NCBI RefSeq assembly: GCF_004010195.1
Contig: NC_057718.1
Location: forward strand, 91,677,337-91,741,336
Source of the DNA: Chiloscyllium plagiosum
Lineage: Eukaryota
DNA: 64,000 nt
Reading direction: 5' to 3'
Both the position numbers and the translations under genes were made by a program. Of the stretch, positions 27,724-39,164 are shown piece by piece. Positions within the stretch are counted from its first letter, which is position 1, and every line of letters starts with the position of its first letter. The notes below the pieces were generated by a model. It did no database searches, was not told the origin of the DNA, and saw only the letters and a program-made list of their open reading frames with translations.

Positions 27724-27882
27724 TTCTGGCTTTTTTAAAATCTGAATGTAGAACATGCAGTTTTTCATAGGATAGATGATGATTAAGACATCACCGAAAT
27801 CTGTAGGAATGATGCCCCTGCGGTAGTCCCTTGTGTGCTCAGACCAGATGATGTGAACTTCATCATTTCCCAGGTGACGGAG
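27724..27882 (-). CDS. RALGAPA2: Next coding exon of RalGAP alpha, [53 protein letters not shown] (contains the catalytic Asn-thumb motif)
   Basis: 159 nt (53 codons), tcattgcAG acceptor and GTaagt donor, phase 0-0. Continues in frame from ...LTKK of the 59 kb exon; RHLGND is the RapGAP-family catalytic motif. Confidence 0.93.
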
Positions 27883-28575
27883 CTGCAATGATAAATTGGT
27901 TCTTGATTAATTGCGGTGTAATGATCAGTGCTTTATTATGAGGTCAACATCCACAAATTTAATTAACTTGCCTCAATGGTCATAATTTCCATAGCATTAA
28001 AAAGTGAAAACTTTTTCCAATTAGTTTGCCTCAAACATTTAGTTTGATACATTTTTTAATTAGGACAAATTCTATAATATTTCTTAGAATGCTTTTGCAC
28101 ATGAATATTTATGTTCTTAATTACCTAATATAACTTGGACATGGTTATATTCAGAGTATACAATAGCTCAAATAGTATTTTGATAATATTCAGCCTGGAT
28201 GATGTATTAAATATTGGAAGAAAGCTCAATTAGAAATGACAAAAGTTAAGTTGATCTTAAATGTCTATTTCATAACTGTTTAGAATTTAATCCCAGTGAA
28301 AATAAAAAAAAAACAGGTTTTTAATATCCCTTTTTAGGAGTTTGTGTTTGATGCCAATTGTAATGGCTTTAATTGATATGATTAGGCTATGGCTCGGAGC
28401 ACCAAGACAAGATGGAATACGCATATTATCTGGATTGGGTTTGTAGTTCAAAATAAATCATGTTTGAATTATTATTCTTCACTGAAGCTTTATTATATGG
28501 GAAGAATATGCATGGTTATGGATAAGCTATTGAAAATGCAAGCTCTCATGCTTTATGCCTTACAAAAGAAAATGC

Positions 28576-28990
28576 TAAAAATCACACAACACCAGGTTAT
28601 AGTCCAGCAGGTTTATTTGGAAGCACTAGCTTTTGGGACACTACTCATTCTCCATAACCACCCCGATGAAAAAGATCATGCTCACAGAATTTATAGCCAA
28701 AGTGGTGCAATGTCATGGAGATGTGACACAGTAAACAATCTTTGATGAAAACTTTCATCTTTTATAATGGGATATGTTGTTTTCATCTAAGGTTGTTTAC
28801 GGTATCACATCTCCATGACACTGCAGTCCTTTTGCAATAAATTCTGTGAGCATGATCTTATTCTCCACAACCACTTGAAGGAGTGGCGCTCCAAAAGCTA
28901 GTGCTTCCAAATAAACCTGTTGGACTATAACCTGGTGTTGTGTGATTTTTAATTTTGTACACCCCAGTTCCAACACTGTCACCTCCGAGT
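28576..28990. mobile_element. Palindromic non-autonomous PLE-terminus element with decayed hammerhead core
   Basis: ~175 bp inverted arms around a ~25 nt spacer; 13 bp TSD caaaagaaaatgc (28563-28575 / 28991-29003). Confidence 0.85.
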
Positions 28991-29445
28991 CAAAAGAAAA
29001 TGCAGTGACAAATGGTTTGCAAAGAAACCGAACTGTTTCATCTGGCTATTATTTAGTTAAGAGACAGTAGATGAGCAGGTAGCTGCAGACATTTCTATTC
29101 AGAGAAATCGACTCGTTTGTAAACTTGATTACTAGACCGTGAGCAGTGGAGCTAATTGGTTCGAAATGCTGAACCTAAGAGGTTCAAAGTTTGTGCGAAG
29201 ATTTGTAGCTCGGGTGCTCGTTGATGTGTTTGTTGATGGAGTTTGTGGATGAATGCCATGCCTCTCGGAATTCCCTGGCTGTTCTCTGTCTGGCTTGCCC
29301 TATTATAGTAGTGTTGTCCCAGTCGAATTCATGTTGCTTGTTGTCTGCGTGTGTGGCTACTAAGGATAGCTGGTCGTGTCGTTTCGTGGCTAGTTGATGT
29401 TCATGGATGCGGATCGTTAGCTGCCTTCCTGTTTGTCCTATATAG

Positions 29446-30224
29446 NNNNNNNNNNNNNNNNNNNNNNNNNNNNNNNNNNNNNNNNNNNNNNNNNNNNNNN
29501 NNNNNNNNNNNNNNNNNNNNNNNNNNNNNNNNNNNNNNNNNNNNNNNNNNNNNNNNNNNNNNNNNNNNNNNNNNNNNNNNNNNNNNNNNNNNNNNNNNNN
29601 NNNNNNNNNNNNNNNNNNNNNNNNNNNNNNNNNNNNNNNNNNNNNNNNNNNNNNNNNNNNNNNNNNNNNNNNNNNNNNNNNNNNNNNNNNNNNNNNNNNN
29701 NNNNNNNNNNNNNNNNNNNNNNNNNNNNNNNNNNNNNNNNNNNNNNNNNNNNNNNNNNNNNNNNNNNNNNNNNNNNNNNNNNNNNNNNNNNNNNNNNNNN
29801 NNNNNNNNNNNNNNNNNNNNNNNNNNNNNNNNNNNNNNNNNNNNNNNNNNNNNNNNNNNNNNNNNNNNNNNNNNNNNNNNNNNNNNNNNNNNNNNNNNNN
29901 NNNNNNNNNNNNNNNNNNNNNNNNNNNNNNNNNNNNNNNNNNNNNNNNNNNNNNNNNNNNNNNNNNNNNNNNNNNNNNNNNNNNNNNNNNNNNNNNNNNN
30001 NNNNNNNNNNNNNNNNNNNNNNNNNNNNNNNNNNNNNNNNNNNNNNNNNNNNNNNNNNNNNNNNNNNNNNNNNNNNNNNNNNNNNNNNNNNNNNNNNNNN
30101 NNNNNNNNNNNNNNNNNNNNNNNNNNNNNNNNNNNNNNNNNNNNNNNNNNNNNNNNNNNNNNNNNNNNNNNNNNNNNNNNNNNNNNNNNNNNNNNNNNNN
30201 NNNNNNNNNNNNNNNNNNNNNNNN
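29446..30224. other. Assembly gap (N run)
   Basis: Run of N bases. Confidence 1.
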
Positions 30225-30231
30225 TTTTGTT

Positions 30232-30271
30232 GCAAACGTTTCGTTCCCTGGCTAGGCTACATCATCAGTGC
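30232..30271 (-). ncRNA. Minimal type I hammerhead motif (minus-strand copy)
   Basis: GCA-CUGAUGA-UGUAGCCUAGCCAGGGAAC-GAAAC-GUU-UGC; intact cores, weakened stem II. Confidence 0.65.
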
Positions 30272-30530
30272 TTGGGAGCCTCCTGCGAAGCGCTTCTTTG
30301 ATGTTTCCTGCGGTGTTTATAGTGGTCTGTCCCTGCCGCTTCCGGTTGTCAGTTTCAGAGGCATGAGGCATGGCATTCATCCACAAACTCCATCAACAAA
30401 CACATCGACCTGGACCCAATATACCAACCACTACAGCGGACAGCTGAAACTGACAACTGGAAGCGGCAGGGACAGACCACTATAAATACCGGAGGAAACA
30501 TCAAAGAAGCGCTTCGCAGGAGGCTCCCAA

Positions 30531-30570
30531 GCACTGATGATGTCGCCTAGCCAGGGGACGAAACGTTTGC
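30531..30570 (+). ncRNA. Minimal type I hammerhead motif (plus-strand copy)
   Basis: GCA-CUGAUGA-UGUCGCCUAGCCAGGGGAC-GAAAC-GUU-UGC; intact cores, GUC/GAC stem II base, palindromic AAACGUUU stem III. Confidence 0.78.
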
Positions 30571-31271
30571 AACAAAAACTTCCAGCTCGGCGAACAGAAC
30601 CACAACAACCTAAGAGGTGGCAACAGTGATTTCAGCTGAGATATCTGATGCTGGTATTGAGTCAGCCCATTGGTGAAAGAAGTAATAGAGTGGAGCCTGT
30701 CCAAAGTTCAACAGTTATTAGTCTTGCCATAAGGGTGGAGATTGTTGGAAAGCTCAGTTTGGCCTGATGAAAAAAATTTGCATCACACACAAGTCCACAT
30801 CAAAAACATAACATTAATTCTCTTTACTGTTTTGTAATAGATTCTAAACATTACAATGAAATTTATTCATGTACTTTCATTTGCAGTTTGCTGCCGCTAG
30901 ATTAATTTCTGAATGAACCCCATTTGTGATTGTAGTCTGAAAGTGTTATTTGGCTGTCAGTTGGTAAAGAAAATTAGATTTTCTGTAAGTGATATGGTCA
31001 ACAATCCCAAGTTTATTTTTCGCATAAACTCAAAAATATTTGGACTTTATTTAATTAGCAATTTCACACAACAACCCAGTGATGCCTGGATTCTTTTTTT
31101 GACTGACAGGAACATTTTATCTTGTATGCAAACCCTCAAAAAGGCCCGCGTTGACCTTTTAGGGAAACAGTCAAATTCTGGCGCAGGCAGCAAGCTTATT
31201 TCCAGTAGCAACAAAATAATAACTATATTACACAAATTTAGAAAAGATTTCCTAGGATTTTGCTGAAATTG

Positions 31272-31700
31272 GAAGGTTGGAGCTACAGGGAGAGGCTGAA
31301 TAAGCTGGTGCTTTTTTTTCCCTGGAGCATCAGAGGCTGAGGGGTGACCTTACAGAGGTTTATAAAATCAAGAGAGGCATGAACAGGGTGAATAGCTAAG
31401 ATCTTTTTCCCAGCGTAGGGAAGTCTAAAACAAGAGGGCATAGGTATAAGGTGACAGAGGAAAGATTTAAACAGGACCTGAGGGGCAACTTGGTGCGTGT
31501 CTTGAACGAGCTGCCAGAGGTGGTGGTGGTACAATTTCAACACTTAAAACGCATCTGAATGGGTACATAAATAGGAAGGGTTTAGAGGAATATGGGTCAA
31601 ATGCTGGCAAATGAGACTGGACCAGTTTAGAATATCTGGTCAGCATGGACAAATTGGATTGAAGGGTCCGATTCTATGCTCGATAACACCATGACTCGAA
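31272..31700 (+). mobile_element. CR1 (HER1-like) 3' end fragment
   Basis: Clear similarity to 45-493. Confidence 0.85.
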
Positions 31701-34559
31701 GTGTGGATGCTGACTTAATCATGATACTCAATGTATTATTCAACCATTTTGTTTCTTTCCCTTCCATTATTTAATTGCTGTATTACAGATTATGGTGATA
31801 GATGCGAGGGTATAAATCCACAAGAAGCAGTCTCAGAGCATCTACTGGCTTTTCACAATGCATGGTTATCCATGTGCTGTTCAAGTGGAGGGTGATTATA
31901 ACTATTATATCACCATACTAGCCTGGTCACACTTAAGACATTTCTAGCAAATAAGTACAAATAATTGTTGAGCATAAGAACTTTGCTCATTTTTTTTCCT
32001 CCTTCTAGTCTGATTTTTATACTCATGCAGCATCGGAATTGCTGCTTTATCAAGATCAGCTTGTCAGTCACCCAATTTCTTTCTCTTAATAAAGGAGATA
32101 GACAGAGGGCTTCAATTACCTTTTAACCTCATTATTCATTCATCCTGTGCTGACCAGTCTCAAAAACAAATTCTGATTTTCTATGTGAATAATAACGTAT
32201 GATACTATCAGCCAAGACCAAGAACAAACTTGATTCTGTTGTCCTAAAAAAAAATCAAGTCCTTGTTTAATTAGATGTATGCCATACAACCCACTTACTC
32301 ATCTGAATTGTGGCTGTAGTTGTTTTGCAGGCTGTGAGCCGGGTGGCGAGCACACCACTGATGACACTGGTCAAGGCACTGCGCCCAACAGCCTGACCTC
32401 CCTCATGTTAATTGCATTATGGAGCCAGCTGGCTCAAGAATGGATTCGTCAATTTGATTGAAAAATTCCTGCTGTCAAATAGGCATGGTGGTCCTTTTAC
32501 TCACAGACTCTGAAGCTTGACCACCCCCTTTGTTTGTGCTATAGTATGCTCTTCCTCAAAAACTGAGGTTTATTTGTAAATTAACTAAGAAACTTCCTGG
32601 AAGAATAGCATTGCCTGTAGACTGATAATGTGCGCCTTTCATTCAACTCCACTCTTACTGTAACCCTGCCAATTTGTTTTCCTGCTCCAGTCCTGCCTCA
32701 GGCTAAAACAGCCTTGTAAGACATAAGTGCAATTACAGTTCGTGGAGCCAAATGAATTGTACAAATCCAATAGCACAGCTCTGTCACAGCTTGCAACCCC
32801 TGTTGCTGCTAAAAATCCAATCTAACAAAGCTAACAAATTTCCACCGTAAGAGTACAGGGTTCAGCATGAGGTTGGAGACACACAAGAAAAATGAGAGCT
32901 TACCACGACTAAACATTTTTTGATAAGCTAAATCATCTCAGCAGTCTTTGTAGCTCATTTTTTTTTTAAAACCATTTGCTGCGATTTGGAGAGACAGAGT
33001 CAGAGGACTGTAGCATGCTGATGCACAAATTGATTTTCACTTTAGTATATGTTCTGATCAAAAGTTTACCATAATGATGCCAGATGTTGCAGTTCCATGG
33101 AAGACGTGAAACAACATCCTTAAGTCAATTAGGCAATTATGACTGTCTACTCATAAGAAATTTTGGTTGCAATTACATTTATTCAGGCAATGTATACACA
33201 GAAATGAATTTAACCAAACCTTGCTACATAAAACTACTTTTACTTCATGACTACTGGCCTTTTGAAAATCTAATCACATTTTGTCACTTAAATTATGACT
33301 TATCACATTTCTGAGGTGAAACTTTACTGATGTGGTCACTATTCATTTACCTGGGAGATCTTTTTTCAACACATCAACACTTTTAAATTTCAAACCCACT
33401 TAGTTAAACCACAAATAACAATATGATTTCCATCAAATTTCTAAAAGTGGTTTTCTTTTGAATTGTGCTATTGAAAAGTCTTTACATTTCTTCACAAGAA
33501 AACTATGAAGATATTAGGAACTCCTATAACTACGAAGATTATAGGAATAAAATTGTCCCTAAAATTGAACAATCACTATCTCAATTAAACAAGAAACAAC
33601 ACCAATATGTGCCTCTCTTGTGAGAGAGAGCAGCAAGTGGGCCTGAGTACTTTTTAATAATAGGATACGTAGCAAGCTTTAGCCTGATGCTCATAAGAGA
33701 CTTAAATATTAAAATTTCTGCTAACAAGAATTTGTTTAGGATGTGAGAAAGTGAAGCAAATTCTGTACAATTCTCATTTCATACTAAAAACAGACTTTTC
33801 CATTGTATTGGATTATAAAGCACAGGAGGAGGCCATTGAGCCCATTGTCTGTGCTGGATCTCTGAAGAAGCAATTCATCAAGTGCAATGCCCCTGCCCTT
33901 TCCCTGTTCCTTGAAATCTTCTCCCCCCAATCAAATAATGCTCCAATTCTTTTTTCAAAGCTTCAACTGAATTTGCCTCAATCGCACACTTGTGCGCAGC
34001 GTTCCCAAGAATTGGCAAATGCAATAAGTAAACATTCTGCTTCTATCTACACTACAGAGGATACAAAAACACATCCAGTAATATTTGCAAATCAGGGGGC
34101 TAAAGGAAGAGAGGAATTTGATGAAATTATAATCACAAGAAAGTAGCACTCAGCAAGTTGATGGAGTTGTAGTTACTAAGTCTCATGGTCCTGATGAGCT
34201 TTATGTAAGGCTATTAAAAGAGAATACTACTGAAGTAATAAGTGCATTGGAGTTCATTTTCCAAAATTTGTTGGGTTTGGCCAAGGTTCTATTAGATGGG
34301 AATGTAGCAAATATAACCCCTCTATTCAGGGGAGGAAGACAGAAAATAGAAAAGTCAAGGGAGTCCACAATTTACAAATATCTGACTTATGAACACTTGC
34401 ACTTAGAAATGCTACCCCATACAATGGTTAAACATCCAACAAATGAGTATTTCTTCTTTCTAATTTTATATTGTCCTGCATTGTGTTGACTTGAGAATAG
34501 ACTCAAGATAGAACCAATTTGCAACCTGGGACCGGCCTGTATAGGCAGGTTTCCTGCCC

Positions 34560-36350
34560 CACTGAGCTCACTTCTTCCTGCCTTAACTCCATCCTTTCTC
34601 CACTTGTCCAGACCCTACATCCACAACTCCTCTGATGCCCTCTACCATATTGACAATTTCTAGTTTCCTGCCCCTAACTACCTTCTGTCACCATGAATGT
34701 CCAATCCCCCTATTCTTAATTCCCCACCAGGATGGACTAAGAACTCTTGGCATCTTGGTTGACCAGAGGTCTGAACAATCCTCATCCACCACCACTCTCC
34801 TCTGCCTGGCTGAACTTGTTCTCTCACTGAACAATTTCTCCTTTAATTCATCTCACTTTTGCCAAGCCAAACCCGTGGCTACGGGCACCTGCACAAGTCC
34901 CGGTTATGTCTGCCTCTTTATGGGGTATGTGGAACAATCCTTGTTCCAGTCTTATGCTGGTCCTCTCCCACAACTTCCATTTTGGTACATTGACATCTGC
35001 TTCAGAGCCACTTCATGCTCCTGCCACAACCTTGAAAACTTCATACATTTGACTTCCAATTTCCACCCCTTATTTCTGACACTTTCTTTTCTTGACCTCT
35101 CGGTCTCCTTTTCGGGAAATAAACTGTCCACTGCATCCCACTACAAAGCCAAGGACTCTCATGGCTACCTTCACTACAGTTCGTCACACCCCACATCCTG
35201 CAAGAACTCCAGTCCATTCTCCCAGTTCCTTCGCCTACGTTGCATCTGTTCGGATGATACCAAACTTCCAAAACAATGCTGCTGACATGGCTTGCTTCTT
35301 CCATGACTATGGTTTCCCACCTACTGTGGTTGACAGGGTGCTCAACCACATCCGACCTATCACTCACGCTTCCGCCCTTGCCCCTTCCCATCACTCACAA
35401 CAGAGAGATCAGGTTTCCCTTGTCCTCAATTTTCATCCCACCAATCTCTGCATTCAGCAGATCATTCTCCGCCATTTCAAACAACTCCAGTAGAATGCCA
35501 CCACCAAACACATCCTCCCCTCACTGCCCTGGTCTGCATTTTGCAGGGATCATTCTCTCTGGGACACTCTCATTCCACAACCACCAACACCAACCACTTT
35601 TCCATTTGCACCTCCTCATGTAACTGTAGAAGGCGCAACACCTGCCCCTTCTCCTCCTCCCTGCTCACCATCCAAGGGCCGACACAGTCTTTCCAGGTGA
35701 AGCAGCATTTCACCTGTACATCCCCCAATCCTGTGTATTGTATTCGCTGCACCTAATCTGGCCTACTCTCCACTGGAGAAACCAGACGCGGACTGGGTGA
35801 CTGCTTTGCGGAATATGTCCAGTCTGTTCGCAAGCATGACCCCCAACCTTCCCATAGCCAGTCATTTTAATACAGTGTCCTGCACACCTGCCTGTATGTC
35901 TGTCCTTAGGATGCTGCAGTGTTCCAATGAATCACAGCGCAAACTGGAGGAACAACATCTCATCTTCAGACGAGGTACTTCACAGCCTTCTGGACTTGAG
36001 TTCAACATCTTTAAATTGTGAACCATTTCTTCCCTTTCTTTTAGTTTGTTTCATGTCCTCTCTCCTCTCATCCCACTACCTGTCCTTTCAAGTCTGGCAG
36101 GAGACACACCATTGTTCTGGCATTCACCCATTCCAATTACTTAACCTGAACTATCAACATCTTTTCAGCACCAGCATCATACACTCATTATCTCCACCAT
36201 CAGCCCACCCAAACTATAGCATAAATGCTGCCCCCTCCACACTTCACTTCAGATCTGATGAAGAGTCATCTACACTCAAAACGTTAGCTTGCTCTCTCTC
36301 CATGGTTGCTTCTGACCTGCTGTGATCTCCAGCATTTGTTGCTTTCAGCA
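34560..36350 (+). mobile_element. Second Penelope-like lineage (Neptune-like), degenerate RT + Cys-rich linker + GIY-YIG + terminal repeat
   Basis: LVLSLNNFSFN, LSFLDL, YLHYSSSHP..CKNS.PFSQFLRLRCICS, CNCRRRNTCPF, FTCTS.N.VYCIRC; terminal ctgatgaagagtcatctacactcaaaacgtt. Confidence 0.85.
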
Positions 36351-36639
36351 TGACATCTGATTTGGGGAAGGAGTTAAAAGTATTCATTGAAGAGGATATA
36401 ACTGGGCACTTGGATAAACATGGTAACGGGGAACAGTTAGCATGGTTTTTTGAAAGGGAAATTGCTTTTCACCAATTTATTGCAATTCTTTAGAAACATC
36501 AATAATAGAAGGAGTAGACCATTCATATCTTGGAGCCTCCTCTGCTATTCAACTTGATCGTGCAACTCTGTATTCTTTTCTGGCTTTATCTCCATATTTT
36601 TTGATCTCTTTAGCTCCAAAAACAATGAACTTGCGCTAT

Positions 36640-37380
36640 GGATACAGGGGAGCTTATGAAGCAGCCAGGAAAGTGTTGGGCCCCTTGCTGAGATATTTGT
36701 GTCATTGATAGTCAGGGGTGAGGTACCAGCAGACAAGGTTGGCTAACATTGTGCCATTATTTAAGAAAAGTAGTAGGGAGAAGCCAGGGAACCATCGACT
36801 GGTGAGCCTGACATGGTGGGCGGCATGGTGGCTCAGTGGTTCGCACTGCTACCTCACTGCACCAGAGACCTGGGTCCCGGGTTCTATTCCCACCTCAGGT
36901 GACTGTCTGTGCGTAGTTTGCACATTCTCTCCCTGTCTGCGTGGGTTACCTCCAGGTGCTTCAGTTTCCTCCCACAAATTCAAAGATGTGCAGGTCAGGT
37001 GAATTGATCATGCTAAACTGCCCATAATGTTCATGGATGTGTAGGTTGGGTTCATTAGTCAGGGGAAATGTAGGATAATAGGGTAGGGGAATGGGTCTGG
37101 GTGGGTTATTCTTTGGAGGGTTGGTGTGGGCTTGTTAGGCCAAATGGCTTGTTCCCACACTGAAGGGATTTTATGATTCTGACATCAGTTGAATACAAGT
37201 TGTTGGAGGGGATTCTGAGGGACAGGGTTTACATAAATTTGGAAAGGCAAGGACTGATTAGGGAAAGTCAACATGGCTTTGTGTATGGGAAATCATGTCT
37301 CACTACCTTGACTGAATTTTTTAATGAAGTGACTAAGGGAATTGAAGATGGCAGAGAGGTGGACATGATTCATAGGTAAA
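36640..37380 (+). mobile_element. CR1 RT fragment interrupted by a SINE
   Basis: ANIVPLFKKSSREKPGNHRLVSLT continues after the SINE as TSV..KLLEGILRDR...SQHGFV.GKSCLT. Confidence 0.85.
36815..37178 (+). mobile_element. HE1/V-SINE-like tRNA-derived SINE
   Basis: ggcggcatggtggctcagtgg A-box, ggttctattcc B-box, CR1-like 3' tail; TSD ctgacat (36808-36814 / 37179-37185). Confidence 0.88.
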
Positions 37381-38606
37381 GATACTCTTGCATTGGGCAA
37401 GGAAATCAAAGGCTATTGAGGGAAGGAAATGTAGATTTAGTGAAAAACTGGATCAGCCATGATCTTATTGAGTAGTGTAGCAGGTTTGAAAAGCCAATGG
37501 TTTACCTCTGCCTAAAATTTGCAGGTTCACACAAAACACCCCAACTGCTGACATGTTAATACAGTTAACAAAGGGAATGCCATTGATGAAGCAACTGAAG
37601 ATGATCGGGCTGGAACAGTTACAACACTGGCATCTGCACAACAATGTGAAGGAATATCCAGAAATATGTGCACAGAAAGCAGGACAAATCCAACCTGACC
37701 AATTGCCAGCCTACCAGTTTACTCTCAATCAGCAAAGTGATGGAATGAGTCATTGACAGCACAATGAAGCAACATTTGCAATGGAATAATCTGCTCACTG
37801 ACACTCAGTTTGGGTTACCAATGCTACTTAGCTCCTGACCTCATTACAACTTTGGTCCAAGCATGGTAAAAAGAACTGAACTCCAGAAGTGCAGTGAACT
37901 GACTGCCCTTAGTGTCAAGGTGCAACTAACCAAGTATGGCATCAAGGAGTTCTAAGAAAATTGGAGTCAAACCTAAGATATGAGAAGATGGTTGTGGTTG
38001 GTGGAGGTCAATCATCTCAGCTCCAAGACATCACTACAGGAGTCCCTCAGGGAAGATGAAGATGACCCAGGGAGATCTTCAGACAGAAGGAGAAAGATAC
38101 CGACGACGACAGCCGCTGTATGATTTTGAAACTAAGCTGATGGAACTTTAGTAAGTGTTCTATTGGAAAAGTATATTGTTATAGAGTTGGAGGCAGATAA
38201 TAAGCAGGTAAGAGAAAGGGGGGGGGGTCTTAAGACTTGTGAATAGTTGTTGTTTGATGTTCACTTTTAGAGTTAAATAATACATTGATTTTTTTTTAAA
38301 TAGTGGAATCTGGGTGTTCTTGTCACTCATATTTTAACAGATTATGAAGTGTCGTGAGCTTTTCTGGGTGTTTGGTTTAATTAACAGAAAGGTTCACCAT
38401 CATGTCATAATAGTACTGATTTCAGTGTCCCAGAAATCGAAAGCCCTCCCTTCTTCCCTCTTGCCATAGCTCTTCAGCTAGACATTCATCCTAATTGTAA
38501 TCTGAAAAGGAACTAGGGGTAGAAGATGGGAGTGTGACACCAGGTAAACTGTAGATATGATGAAACAAATTATCTCCTCCTTTGCTTGAACAATTCTGTA
38601 ACTGAG

Positions 38607-38738
38607 AGAAAGTGAGGACTGCAGATGCTGGAGATCAGAGCTGAAAAATGTGTTGCTGGAAAAGTGCAGCAGGTCAGGCAGCATCCAAGGAGCAGGAGAA
38701 TCGATGTTTCGGGCATAAGCCCTTCTTCAGGAAAACTG
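38607..38738 (-). mobile_element. 132 bp solo PLE terminal repeat with hammerhead motif
   Basis: 15 bp TSD aattctgtaactgag (38592-38606 / 38739-38753); minus strand CUGAAGA-A-GGGC-UUAU-GCCC-GAAAC-AUC. Confidence 0.85.
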
Positions 38739-39164
38739 AATTCTGTAACTGAGTCTATCTTCTTACTTCTATAGCCACCCACTCATGGTACCAACAGTAT
38801 TCCATAGATGACTAAATATGAAGTCTTGTTTTCTACCTAGCCTCCTAAATTCTCTCTGCAGGATTAACATTTCCCTTTCTACATGTTGTTGGTACTCGTG
38901 GACCACAACCACTGCCTATGGCATAGGGTAAATAAAATCAAAGAGTTAAATGCATGGCTCAGAGATTAATGTGGCAGGGATGAGTTTCAGTTCATGGGGC
39001 ACTGGCAGCAGTACTGAGGTAAAATGTATTTGTTCCAGTTTGAAGGGCTTCACTTGAACTGTGCTGGGATGATGTCCTTGCTAATCTAGTAACTAAGGAT
39101 ATAAAGACAGCTGTAAACTAATTAGAGGATGGGGCTGTTTCTGAAGAGGTTTAAAAATGTATAG

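Larger units (their letters stand above)
29184..30606. mobile_element. Penelope-like insertion with inverted termini, spanning an assembly gap
   Basis: Same family as 18253-19580; 3' ends point outward on both sides; 12 bp TSD aacctaagaggt (29172-29183 / 30607-30618). Confidence 0.85.

Noticed and set aside
29351..30485. Long ORFs of 265-350 aa
   Set aside because: They consist mostly of the N gap.
32318..32461. Plus-strand acceptor-like ttgttttgcag followed by a short ORF
   Set aside because: No recognisable protein or matching donor, and it is antisense to the host gene.
36815..36900. tRNA gene
   Set aside because: The A/B boxes belong to a SINE head; there is no complete cloverleaf. The same applies at ~5420.
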